Shown in pieces: positions 27,419 to 36,738 of a stretch of DNA of 64,000 bases. The number at the start of each line of letters is the position of its first letter. Position 1 is the stretch's first letter. This DNA is from a virus. The position numbers and the translations under genes are program-made. Location of the stretch: the IMG/VR virus record IMGVR_UViG_3300025168_000036; one strand, written 5' to 3'. The notes under the pieces were generated by a model. The model was given only the letters and a program-made list of their open reading frames with translations, was not told the DNA's origin and searched no databases.

Positions 27419-28469
27419 TTTTGTCCTCTACTATTGAATATGAATCTAAGCCTTTCCATGTATCTTGAAGCCAAAACTCTGGGTTCTTCATTGTACTATT
27501 TATTCTGTCCTCTAAGAACATTTTTAGGAATTCAAACTTTATAAGCCTTTGTATTGGCCTTTTTACTATATCCATAATAGAAGTTTTAGCATATCCAGAT
27601 ATATCAACCTCTCTTAGTTGCATTAGATCAAAATTAAGCTCTATCTTCTTTGATTGTTCTGATATATCTTTTAAGACTTTTGCCTCATCTTTGTGGTCTT
27701 CTGCATAGCTAATAATATCTTGAACGCTAATTTTCTTGTCCTCAAATATTATTGGTAATCTTTTCTGTAGAGTTTTAAGGCCACAACCTTTAATACCTGG
27801 AATATTATCTGAGCTGTCACCTAGTAGTGTTCTATATTCCAAAAAGTTCTTTGCCGGTACCTTAAATTCCTCAAGTATTGTTTCCTCAAAGTAAAACTTT
27901 TTCTTTGTAGGGGACCAAACCTGAACCTTATCATTTACAAGCTGCAAATAATCTTTATCTGTAGACATTATAAATTTCTGAGAATTAGGGTATATTTGTT
28001 CACATATATAAGCTATTGCATCATCTGCTTCTATGTTCTCTGTTGCTAATACAGTAACTGGTAGTGTTTCTAAGTATTGTGTGAGCCTTTTTATTTGTTG
28101 GCCCATTGCAATTGACTCATCGCTAACATTTCCATAATTAGACATCCTAGTTAGTCTTGTCCTAACTTTTCTATTTGCTTTATAGTCTGGAAATATCTTC
28201 CTACGTTTTGCAGATCCTCCTTTTCCATCCCAGCATATAATAACTCTAGTAGGCTTAATATTCCTTACAGCATAACCTACGGATTGAAGGAAGCCAGTCA
28301 TACCACCTACATGTACACCATCATCATTTGAGCTGGGGTTAACAGCAAAGCTTCTGATAAATGTATTTAGTCCATCAATTAGTAGAATCCTACTATTTTT
28401 GTGAGTCTCCTCAGTGGCCTTTTTTAGACCGTCAAGTATCCTAAAATACCTTTCTCTTCTTTCATCCAT
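27408..28469 (-). CDS. 5'-3' exonuclease/flap endonuclease (T4 RNase H-like)
   Basis: LIDGLN, YKANR, EADD, STDKDYLQL, GDSSDNIPGI. Confidence 0.92.
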   Translation of the reverse strand: MDERRERYFRILDGLKKATEETHKNSRILLIDGLNTFIRSFAVNPSSNDDGVHVGGMTGFLQSVGYAVRNIKPTRVIICWDGKGGSAKRRKIFPDYKANRKVRTRLTRMSNYGNVSDESIAMGQQIKRLTQYLETLPVTVLATENIEADDAIAYICEQIYPNSQKFIMSTDKDYLQLVNDKVQVWSPTKKKFYFEETILEEFKVPAKNFLEYRTLLGDSSDNIPGIKGCGLKTLQKRLPIIFEDKKISVQDIISYAEDHKDEAKVLKDISEQSKKIELNFDLMQLREVDISGYAKTSIMDIVKRPIQRLIKFEFLKMFLEDRINSTMKNPEFWLQDTWKGLDSYSIVEDKNEQ

Positions 28470-28488
28470 AAATTATAACCTTTTTATT

Positions 28489-29613
28489 TTATCCCGTAGG
28501 GACATCATCATTACCAATTACGATATCATCAATACCAAATTCATCTGCCTTATAGTTCATAACAAGAGCATCACAAATCATCTTATAGATTCTCTTTTTA
28601 TTAACATCATCCTTTAGTACTCTTGATTCGAAGTCCTTAGACTGGAACTTAATTTCTTCATTTGTTTCTGGGTCTGTATAAGTGTACCATGCACCAGATA
28701 CTGTGACTAGTTTATAGTCTTTTAGTACCTGTAGCCATCCACCTATGTCATCTACACCAGATTCAAAGAATATGTTAAACTCAGCAGTCCTTAATGGTGG
28801 TCCCATTCTGTTTTTTACAACAACACACTTAGTCTTAATTCCAATAACCTGTTCTTTGCCATTAACCTTAGCCTTAATTTGGCCTGCAGCCTTTAACCTC
28901 AACCTACAACTTGCATGGAATTGTAGTGCCTTTCCACCACTTGTTGTCCAAGGGTCTCCAAACATTACTCCAAGCTTTTGCCTAAGCTGATTAGTAAATA
29001 CACATGCAACTCTTTGTCTACCAATAAGGTTTGTAATTTTCCTCATTGCCTTAGACATTACAATTGCCTTTCCAGTAGACCAACCGTCCTTATCATAGTC
29101 TGCTGACTGTTCAACTCTTGTGGTTGCAGCTGCAATTGAATCTACAACTATAGTTACTAGCTTATCCTTATTAGATTCCCTAGCTTTTATAATAATAGTT
29201 TCCATTACCTCAAATATATCCTCAACTGTTTCCAGCTGAACATATAACATTTTTGATACATCTATTCCAATTGCTCTTAAGAACTCTTCATTCATAGCAT
29301 TTTCAGTATCAATATAGACTGCAGTACCACCTTGCTTTTGTGTATTAGCCAAGAGATGGGCAGAAAGCAGTGACTTACCACTTGCTTCCATACCCGTTAT
29401 CTCAGTTATTCTACCTACTGGTATTCCACCATGAGGTCTATTGGCAATAGCTAGGTCAAGAACAGAAGAGCCTGTACTTATCCATTCAGTTAGATCTGTA
29501 GGTGTATCCTCAGATCCATCCAAGAAATAAGCAACCTTAAAGTCCTTAAACTTTTTATTTAGTGAGTCAGCAAGCACAGTTGCCAAATCATCTCTTTTGT
29601 TTTTCTTAGCCAT
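28489..29613 (-). CDS. recA: RecA/UvsX recombinase
   Basis: GGIPVGRITE, GMEASGKS, YIDTE, VVDS, FTNQLR, GGKALQFHAS, KNR. Confidence 0.93.
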   Translation of the reverse strand: MAKKNKRDDLATVLADSLNKKFKDFKVAYFLDGSEDTPTDLTEWISTGSSVLDLAIANRPHGGIPVGRITEITGMEASGKSLLSAHLLANTQKQGGTAVYIDTENAMNEEFLRAIGIDVSKMLYVQLETVEDIFEVMETIIIKARESNKDKLVTIVVDSIAAATTRVEQSADYDKDGWSTGKAIVMSKAMRKITNLIGRQRVACVFTNQLRQKLGVMFGDPWTTSGGKALQFHASCRLRLKAAGQIKAKVNGKEQVIGIKTKCVVVKNRMGPPLRTAEFNIFFESGVDDIGGWLQVLKDYKLVTVSGAWYTYTDPETNEEIKFQSKDFESRVLKDDVNKKRIYKMICDALVMNYKADEFGIDDIVIGNDDVPTG

Positions 29614-29623
29614 GTATTACCTC

Positions 29624-30382
29624 TTAGTTTTTGTCATTAAATAAGTCATCAAATGCATCACCAATATCATCTTTCTTTTCAACACCTGCAGGTGCAGCAG
29701 CTACTTGTGCTGGTTGAGAAGATTCCTCTTCGCCTCCATCAAGCCAAGTTTGTAGTGCAGCCTTCATTGTATCATAGTCTACTTTTTTATAGATATCAAA
29801 GATGTCTTGTTGACCATTCATGATCTTATCAGCAATGTTTTTATCTTCAGTTGCTGGTGTCTGATTTGGTTTTACCATGATAGTAGTCTTAGGGAACCTT
29901 TCAGCTCCTTCAGCTGGATGAAAAGTCACCACTACATCTCTACCACTATTAACATCTGTGATGTCACCATAGTCAGGATCAGCTATAAATTGTAATAACT
30001 CTTGGTAAACAGTTTTACCAAATCCCCATAGCTTTACACCTTCTGATTCTGCACCTCTTACCAATACTGGTAGATAACATCTCATTTTAGGTTCCATTTT
30101 CTTTCCTAATTTCCAATCATCTCTATTACCCGATGATTTTAGTTTCTCAGAAAATTCTACTACTGGGTCAGTTTCACCAAATGTTACTGGTGATAAATAG
30201 TTTTTCTTTCCTAAGTCATAATGAAAATACATTTCTATGAATGGATTATCTTTATTAAATTGGTAAGGTACTATTCTTACTTGGTTTTTGCCTGGATCAG
30301 GCTTCCAAAGATTATTTGTTCTAGTCGTTTGACTTTGTAAATTGTTGAGCTTAGCTCGGATTGCATTTAGATCAATTGCCAT
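29624..30382 (-). CDS. gp32-like single-stranded DNA-binding protein
   Basis: WKP...VRIVP, LWGFGK, DYGDITD..GRD, acidic tail DDIGDAFDDLF. Confidence 0.85.
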   Translation of the reverse strand: MAIDLNAIRAKLNNLQSQTTRTNNLWKPDPGKNQVRIVPYQFNKDNPFIEMYFHYDLGKKNYLSPVTFGETDPVVEFSEKLKSSGNRDDWKLGKKMEPKMRCYLPVLVRGAESEGVKLWGFGKTVYQELLQFIADPDYGDITDVNSGRDVVVTFHPAEGAERFPKTTIMVKPNQTPATEDKNIADKIMNGQQDIFDIYKKVDYDTMKAALQTWLDGGEEESSQPAQVAAAPAGVEKKDDIGDAFDDLFNDKN

Positions 30383-30398
30383 TTTCTTCTCCTTTTAA

Positions 30399-30572
30399 TT
30401 ATTTATTATTTTTAATTTCTTGCACATTTAATCTTAACTCTTGTGCTTGAGCCTTTAGTTCTTGCATTGCCTTTCTAATTCTTGTTCCTGCTGACATATT
30501 TCCATTATTGAATTTGTCAACATCTGTTAGAATGTTAGTTAGGGTCGCTTGGATGTTTTCTGTTGAAACCAT
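30399..30572 (-). CDS. Histone H1-like Hc1-family protein (57 aa, below ORF-track cutoff)
   Basis: Hand translation MVSTENIQATLTNILTDVDKFNNGNMSAGTRIRKAMQELKAQAQELRLNVQEIKNNK with the GN.SAGTR.RK signature; AGGAGA SD. Confidence 0.8.
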   Translation of the reverse strand: MVSTENIQATLTNILTDVDKFNNGNMSAGTRIRKAMQELKAQAQELRLNVQEIKNNK

Positions 30573-30631
30573 GTTTTTCTCCTGTTTTTGTTATTAATTA
30601 TTGATTATTGTTTAATATAATAAAAATTTCC

Positions 30632-31654
30632 TTAACTTGAAACTTTTACTAAGCTTTTTTCGTATTTATTTAAGTATCCTAATACTGCAACCTCTTTATG
30701 TTTTGCCTCGACAACAACATCTATATCAAGACCATAGTCATATATTTCATCTACGATAAGATCTGAATGAGCTTGTACTTTTATTTTATTTGCTTCCTTA
30801 TACAGCTTTTCCATTGTTGGAAATTCACCAATATTATTTAGTGTTATATTACTTTTATTTAAGAACTCTTCTACGATGAGTGTTTGTTCTTTTCTGCGTG
30901 ATTCTGAGTAGTGAGTGCATTGCTTTACTCCAGGTGGCCAAGTAGATGCAGCCAATTTTAGAGCCTCCTCTTCTGATAATTCACCTGGACAGAATTTATG
31001 GTGGTGATAGTCGAATACAATTGGGATACCAACACGTTCATATACACTGTAATATAGATCATGGACTGAATACATAGATGCTTTGTCATCATTTTCCACA
31101 GTGAGCCTTGCTTGAACAGATGGTGACGTCCTTAGGTAATTTTTACAGAATCTGTCTAGTGCAGACTTTTTATCACCGTATGCACCACCAATATGTATAT
31201 TTATCTTTGACATGCGAGATTTAGGTAGCCCCATAAGATCCATAATTTCTGCATTTTTATCCAATTCTCCAATAGCAGCATCTACAACATCTGGATTAGG
31301 TGATGCCAATACACAAAACTGGCCTGGGTGGAATGATAGTCTTTGACCATATTTTTTAGCCAATGAGCCTGCACCGCTGAGTAATGTACATATTTTTTTG
31401 TAGTCTGGTAGGTCTGAAAAATTATAGTGTGACATCCAAGGGAATATATCTGATGGCATTCTGTATACCTTGATTCCGTTGTTATGATTCCACTTAATAA
31501 TTTCAATTAGTCCTTTTACATTTTCGACACATAGCTCTGATACATATGGGAGTCCTTTTGTGTCAAATGTTCTTTTTATAAGGCCACGTTTTGCGTGAAT
31601 GCCTTCCTTACGTAGTTGCATATTTATACATGCGTATCCTAGTTGTTTTGCCAT
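30632..31654 (-). CDS. uvsE: UV damage endonuclease UvsE/UVDE
   Basis: LGYACIN, SFHPGQF, NIHIGG, LTVENDD, FDYHHH, HYSE, AHSD, EAKHKE. Confidence 0.93.
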   Translation of the reverse strand: MAKQLGYACINMQLRKEGIHAKRGLIKRTFDTKGLPYVSELCVENVKGLIEIIKWNHNNGIKVYRMPSDIFPWMSHYNFSDLPDYKKICTLLSGAGSLAKKYGQRLSFHPGQFCVLASPNPDVVDAAIGELDKNAEIMDLMGLPKSRMSKINIHIGGAYGDKKSALDRFCKNYLRTSPSVQARLTVENDDKASMYSVHDLYYSVYERVGIPIVFDYHHHKFCPGELSEEEALKLAASTWPPGVKQCTHYSESRRKEQTLIVEEFLNKSNITLNNIGEFPTMEKLYKEANKIKVQAHSDLIVDEIYDYGLDIDVVVEAKHKEVAVLGYLNKYEKSLVKVSS

Positions 31655-31677
31655 AGTTTAATATAATAAATTTTTAT

Positions 31678-32022
31678 TTATTTCCAAAACAATTGTACAC
31701 AAATTATACCAGCAGATAAAATTAGTGAAGTTATTGTTTTTAATGAAAGTCCTTCTCCCATAAATGCCCAAGTTAAAATTGCGTATGATGATATACCTAA
31801 AGCAAAGCCTAAGAATCTACCTGGCCATAATAAGCCGTCAAAGGATTCATATGCAAACTTTGTACCCATTATAAAACAGTATGAAATTGTTGTGCCACCT
31901 ACTAAAGATAGAATTAGTGGATTTTTCTGGAACCATGTCCAAAGGAATTGGCCATTTGTTTGGAACCAAATTAAGATTTGACCTGTTAGGAAGAACAGAA
32001 TCGTCAGTGTGAGTTTACTCAT
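31678..32022 (-). CDS. Four-helix small membrane protein (SMR/DMT-like size and topology)
   Basis: Four hydrophobic segments in 114 aa. Confidence 0.6.
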   Translation of the reverse strand: MSKLTLTILFFLTGQILIWFQTNGQFLWTWFQKNPLILSLVGGTTISYCFIMGTKFAYESFDGLLWPGRFLGFALGISSYAILTWAFMGEGLSLKTITSLILSAGIICVQLFWK

Positions 32023-32056
32023 AATACAGTTTTTATTTGTTATTTTTTAATTATTA

Positions 32057-32123
32057 TTAATATAATAAATTTTACGCAAGAAAAAAAATTTCTAACGTAT
32101 TATTTTAGAAAGTTATTAACAAT
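32057..32123 (-). repeat. Dispersed promoter-associated repeat, copy C
   Basis: TTAATATAATAAATTTTACGCAAGAAAAAAAATTTCTAACGTATTATTTTAGAAAGTTATTAACAAT on + strand. Confidence 0.85.
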
Positions 32124-32525
32124 CTATTTTTTTACCTTAATGTAGATAATTTCGTGTACCTCTGTATCTACCCTTTTTAATCCCTCATCATTTGTTAGTA
32201 GCATACAATTTCTGTAATTTTCCCAATCTACTTGGTATGTTGTATCTAATACTCCATTATTTACAGATTCAATTAATCTATTTAGTGCATTAATTGTATA
32301 TAGTGTGTTTGTATTCTTCTTTCTATGTAGTGATATAGTATTTTCTAATATTGTAATATCGGTACTTGCCTCAACATTATACGTACACATTAATTCTCTT
32401 GCATCATTAATATTTTTTAACACAAATACTTTATTATATAAGACATCATATGTTTTAACAACTACGTCAACAGTCTTTGTTAAAGCCTTGCTATTTGAAA
32501 ATGTACATAGTAGCTGAGTTCTCAT
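32124..32525 (-). CDS. Hypothetical phage protein
   Basis: 133-aa ORF; QLLCTF...LHRKKNTNTLYTINALN. Confidence 0.65.
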   Translation of the reverse strand: MRTQLLCTFSNSKALTKTVDVVVKTYDVLYNKVFVLKNINDARELMCTYNVEASTDITILENTISLHRKKNTNTLYTINALNRLIESVNNGVLDTTYQVDWENYRNCMLLTNDEGLKRVDTEVHEIIYIKVKK

Positions 32526-34576
32526 TACATTATTACCTTTTTATTTTTTAGCATCCAGGCCCAACTTCTAGTTGTTGTACCTTGAACACTGAATGTAAGC
32601 TTATTGTCTCCACTTGATCTGTATGCAACCTGTGTATATGTAGGGCCATCTTGTAAAAAGTCATTTAGTACATAAATACCATTATTTGTATATCCAGCTG
32701 ATTGTACGTTTGATTCTATTACTAGTCCGGGCACATTCTTTGTCTTAAATTCATCTAGTATACTTGACTTTTTCTCTCTAAATTCTGCTCCAGAAAATAG
32801 ATAGCTATATGCACCACTACCATCATTGCTCATATATACCTTATATATAGGAAGGTTTGTTGAGCCAAAATGCATTTCCTTTTCTAGTTCTACAAAGTCT
32901 TCTAAGATTTTTGATGCAGTTTTTATATTTCCAGACTGGTTAGACATCATTGTCTTCATAGTATCATAGGCTAAAAAGTTTACCATAAATTTTATTACAG
33001 TATTTGCACCTGGATTACCTTTTGGTAGTGAAGCTGGTGTAGGTGGGTTTGAGCCAGGTGTTTTTGTTATACCATTACTAGGATTAACCTTTCCAGTTAC
33101 ATCTTTATAGGCTTTTACAGCATGATTAACAACACCTTTATATCTTTTTGTATTTCCTTGATGGTACTCATTTGTGACAGCTTGAGAGAATGACCAAGGG
33201 TTTAGCGAAGGAGCTTTTGCTTCCATTAATGTTTTCTCAAACCCCTTGCCTAACTTTTTTATTAAACTGTCAATAGGTTTAGTATTTGTCTTTTTTAGTG
33301 CAGACAATATTGATGAACTAAACCCTTTTAGTCTACCTCTAACTGCTGATATTGCTGATTGGTATTTATCTTTTAGGTATTCAAGACCTTTTTTGAAATA
33401 ATCTTTTAATCCTTCATTTAATAAAAATTCACTATTTTCATATCTGCCAATATCCTCAAACATAAATTTAACAGCGTCACTCCACTTTGGAAGTCCGTAT
33501 CTTGCTTTAACTAAGCCAGTAACTCTACCTAATTGTGCACCTGATGCTGATTTTTTATTACTTATCTGCCAGAATACGTCTCCAGAAGATGTTGTACATT
33601 TTCCATCACTTGTATATGTTACTTCGTCTTTTGCTATATTTTTTATTAATGAATCTGGACTACCTTTAACTATAATGCAGTCTGGTGTTGGTACCTTTCC
33701 TCCAGCTTTTGAATCAGCTAATTTTGGATTTGAATTATGAGCTGTATAGTATGTGTCAATCTTTTTATGAATAAAGTTCCAGCCTATACAACCTTTGTCA
33801 CTAGCAAACTTATGAGTTCCGTTAGCTAATTCAAGTGCCATAATTAGATCTGGGATACTACCTTCTATTCCAGAAGCTACTAAGCTTCCTGCTCTCATCT
33901 CACTACTTCCTAGTGCAGACTTCATATCCTTTATTGCATCCTTTTGAGCCTTAGCAGCTACCTTTTCGTTACCACTTAGCATTGCATTAATATATGGTTG
34001 AGGATTAAAACTAAGGCCTGCCAATGCTGCAGATTCAAGTGTTGTATCTTTCCACTTTACACCTGCTTTATCATCACCATAGTGGCTAAACTTATTACCT
34101 ATTGTATCAGCTTTTCCTACTATCTTCCAAACATTTGTGCCATCAGTTAAATATACCTCCGTAGTTCCTGAGCCAGCAGTTCCTATGTTTTCTTCTGGTA
34201 CATCTTGTGGTTTTGCTTTTTTTATTATTTTAGGTATTTTTCCAAATCTTTTTGTCCACCATCCAATGTCCTTATCCTTAAGAATCACTTGGTGGCCTAC
34301 TGGATATTCACTTTTGAAAATTGAAGCTTCAGTTATTAACTCATCTTTGCTTAGTGATCTTCCAATCTCTACACAAAACCTTTGAAAGTCTTCTACGCCG
34401 TTATTGGGGTTCTGTAGATTGGCTATTATATTGTCGACGTCACTATTTGAGCAATTAAAACCACTCAAGACTTCAGAGAGTATTCTTATATGCTCTTTAT
34501 TGCTAGGGTCTGGGCATCCGTTCTTAACTCTATAAGCCCATTCACTTACTATTTTATTAATACTAATCTTTGTCAT
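32525..34576 (-). CDS. Large hypothetical protein, possibly virion-internal, with a PD-(D/E)xK-like segment
   Basis: Likely start MTKISINKIVSEWAYR; TPDCII...WQISNKK segment. Confidence 0.55.
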   Translation of the reverse strand: MTKISINKIVSEWAYRVKNGCPDPSNKEHIRILSEVLSGFNCSNSDVDNIIANLQNPNNGVEDFQRFCVEIGRSLSKDELITEASIFKSEYPVGHQVILKDKDIGWWTKRFGKIPKIIKKAKPQDVPEENIGTAGSGTTEVYLTDGTNVWKIVGKADTIGNKFSHYGDDKAGVKWKDTTLESAALAGLSFNPQPYINAMLSGNEKVAAKAQKDAIKDMKSALGSSEMRAGSLVASGIEGSIPDLIMALELANGTHKFASDKGCIGWNFIHKKIDTYYTAHNSNPKLADSKAGGKVPTPDCIIVKGSPDSLIKNIAKDEVTYTSDGKCTTSSGDVFWQISNKKSASGAQLGRVTGLVKARYGLPKWSDAVKFMFEDIGRYENSEFLLNEGLKDYFKKGLEYLKDKYQSAISAVRGRLKGFSSSILSALKKTNTKPIDSLIKKLGKGFEKTLMEAKAPSLNPWSFSQAVTNEYHQGNTKRYKGVVNHAVKAYKDVTGKVNPSNGITKTPGSNPPTPASLPKGNPGANTVIKFMVNFLAYDTMKTMMSNQSGNIKTASKILEDFVELEKEMHFGSTNLPIYKVYMSNDGSGAYSYLFSGAEFREKKSSILDEFKTKNVPGLVIESNVQSAGYTNNGIYVLNDFLQDGPTYTQVAYRSSGDNKLTFSVQGTTTRSWAWMLKNKKVIM

Positions 34577-34766
34577 AATCAACTTGGCCAAAAGCCCATA
34601 TATATGCATCCTGAGCAGTTCTAAAGCCACCTTCAGTCAGTTCAGGCATCCATTCACTATTCTTTCTCTTATATATTGCAACTACCCACTCATCATTTTT
34701 TGTGTCAATTGAAGGTGTTACTTCTATCCAAAGGTTCTTGTTTAATATGTTAAATAACTTTTCCAT
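34563..34766 (-). CDS. Hypothetical protein
   Basis: 67-aa ORF immediately downstream of a GATATTTATA motif. Confidence 0.5.
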   Translation of the reverse strand: MEKLFNILNKNLWIEVTPSIDTKNDEWVVAIYKRKNSEWMPELTEGGFRTAQDAYIWAFGQVDYDKD

Positions 34767-35800
34767 TAAATATAAATATCAGTTAAGCTTCCGTAATTAC
34801 TACCTACTAGTGTTTTTACTGGTAACTCCATTGCCTTTTCTATTTCTTTTAGTTTACAAATCTCATCTGGATGCATATCAAATACTAATGCATCATAGAT
34901 ATAAAGAATTATTTTAGACTTATTAATAATCTTAGAAACATTACTAATTATTTCTGTATTAAATTCAGTCTCATATGCCTGAATTACATAGTTAAAAAGT
35001 TTTTGTGGAGTTGTTTTTCCTAGATTTGCCCTATAAAACCTTTTACCTTTTGGTGTCTTAATATAACCTTTGTTAATATAAATATCCCATAGCTTAGAAA
35101 TATATTCGTCTGTCTTAGAAAAGAATTTTATGTGTCTGTATTCATCTGGTAGTCCACCATATAGAATTCTAAATGTTATCTTTTTAGATTCAGAGTATTG
35201 ATCATCAGTTAAATTGTCAGAACTAAAGTATTGTTTTCCTAGATATTTATGAAAACTTTCATCTGGTGTCTTATAATCTATTATTTTTGCAATTAACCTT
35301 AGATGGAATGCATCGTAGTCCATTTCAACTATCTTTCCATTATCAAATCTAGAGATGTATTTGTCTCTTGACCCATCTTCCTTATTTAATGCTGCATAGT
35401 TAATTCCGTTATTACTGTTTGAAGGCCTTCCTGTTGTTGTGAATAAATTAAATCTTGACTTTTCATATTCACCTGCAACAGTATATAATTTATTTGTCTC
35501 TATACCTCTAAACGTTGGTATTATTTTATTCTTGTAAAAATTAAAGATATCGGTAGCTGCTCCATCAATATTATATAACTCGTTATACTTTTCATTCAAC
35601 AGTGACAATCTCTCCATGTGTTTTCCACGTGGAATTATACTGTCTATGTCATTTCTATTTGGATACAGTCTTTCATAGAATCTGTGAGCTGATGTTGTTA
35701 TCTTGTCTACATCTATGCTGCTATTATTTTTAAGGTAGTATAATAGTGAAATTTCATCTTTCAGTCTATTACACTCTTCTATTACATCTTTTACTTTCAT
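34766..35800 (-). CDS. Minimal family A DNA polymerase-like protein
   Basis: TTTGRPS, motif A MDYDAFHLR, motif B KKITFRILYG, NYVIQ, motif C YIYDALVFD. Confidence 0.8.
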   Translation of the reverse strand: MKVKDVIEECNRLKDEISLLYYLKNNSSIDVDKITTSAHRFYERLYPNRNDIDSIIPRGKHMERLSLLNEKYNELYNIDGAATDIFNFYKNKIIPTFRGIETNKLYTVAGEYEKSRFNLFTTTGRPSNSNNGINYAALNKEDGSRDKYISRFDNGKIVEMDYDAFHLRLIAKIIDYKTPDESFHKYLGKQYFSSDNLTDDQYSESKKITFRILYGGLPDEYRHIKFFSKTDEYISKLWDIYINKGYIKTPKGKRFYRANLGKTTPQKLFNYVIQAYETEFNTEIISNVSKIINKSKIILYIYDALVFDMHPDEICKLKEIEKAMELPVKTLVGSNYGSLTDIYI

Positions 35801-35838
35801 ACAGTCTTAATATAATAAAAAAAGCTTAAATAAAAAAA

Positions 35839-36729
35839 TTAATATGACGAAGTGTTTCCTCCACCGCCAGTTGATGCATCTGGACTAGTTGCTGGAGATT
35901 CCTGAACCATACTGTTATAATTATTAGTGTCATTCTGAGTGCTTGGAGTATAAGATACACTTTTTACCTTAATATCAAGGTCTTTAACTGATATTAGCTT
36001 GTCATGAGCTTTATCTGAGTGCTTTGCACCAACCATTGCGCCTTTTGAGCTGTGTATGTGATAATATCCTACATAGTCTTGCCCATTTGGCCTCTTAAAT
36101 TCAGACCCATTTGTATATAAGTAGCTTTTTACACTATCTGTGCTTTTTTCAACTGTATACTCTGTATAGTTTTCATCTATTACATCCATTATACCTGGGC
36201 ACCTATTATTCGCTATCATTGTATATCTTTCGTTTACCTTAGATACATCCCTCTTCATTTGCCCTAGCTCCATAGACTTTACTTTCATAAGTACGCTATC
36301 ATTTGTTAAGTCTAATAGCAGATCTAACCTTTCAACAGATAGATGCCACTTTATTGCTGCAGTACTATATAGGCCTGGAGAGTCTGCTGACTTTTCCTTG
36401 ACTGTTGCTAAGGTATCTTTATCTACTTCAGTTGGTAAGCTATCATATCTTTTTACAAAATATCTCATAAAAAAGCCTTTTTTATAATCATCTTCAGAAG
36501 GTGGATTTTGTTTACTTTCAATTCTAGTATTTGCAATTAATTTAATTTGATTTGCCATTAGCTCATTATATGTAAATGTCTCAGATGTTGTTGCATATCC
36601 TGGAGAGCCATCTTGCTTTTCAGATTCTTGTTCTTGTACTGCTCCAGACTCAACATCTTGTTCATCTTCTACTTGTGCTCTTCCACCTAAGCTAGGTAAG
36701 GGCTTAATAAGTCTGTTAATAAATGCCAT
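35839..36729 (-). CDS. Hypothetical protein at the end of the baseplate operon
   Basis: 296-aa ORF; GFFMRYFVK and YVGYYHIH motifs. Confidence 0.55.
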   Translation of the reverse strand: MAFINRLIKPLPSLGGRAQVEDEQDVESGAVQEQESEKQDGSPGYATTSETFTYNELMANQIKLIANTRIESKQNPPSEDDYKKGFFMRYFVKRYDSLPTEVDKDTLATVKEKSADSPGLYSTAAIKWHLSVERLDLLLDLTNDSVLMKVKSMELGQMKRDVSKVNERYTMIANNRCPGIMDVIDENYTEYTVEKSTDSVKSYLYTNGSEFKRPNGQDYVGYYHIHSSKGAMVGAKHSDKAHDKLISVKDLDIKVKSVSYTPSTQNDTNNYNSMVQESPATSPDASTGGGGNTSSY

Positions 36730-36738
36730 AATCTTCTC

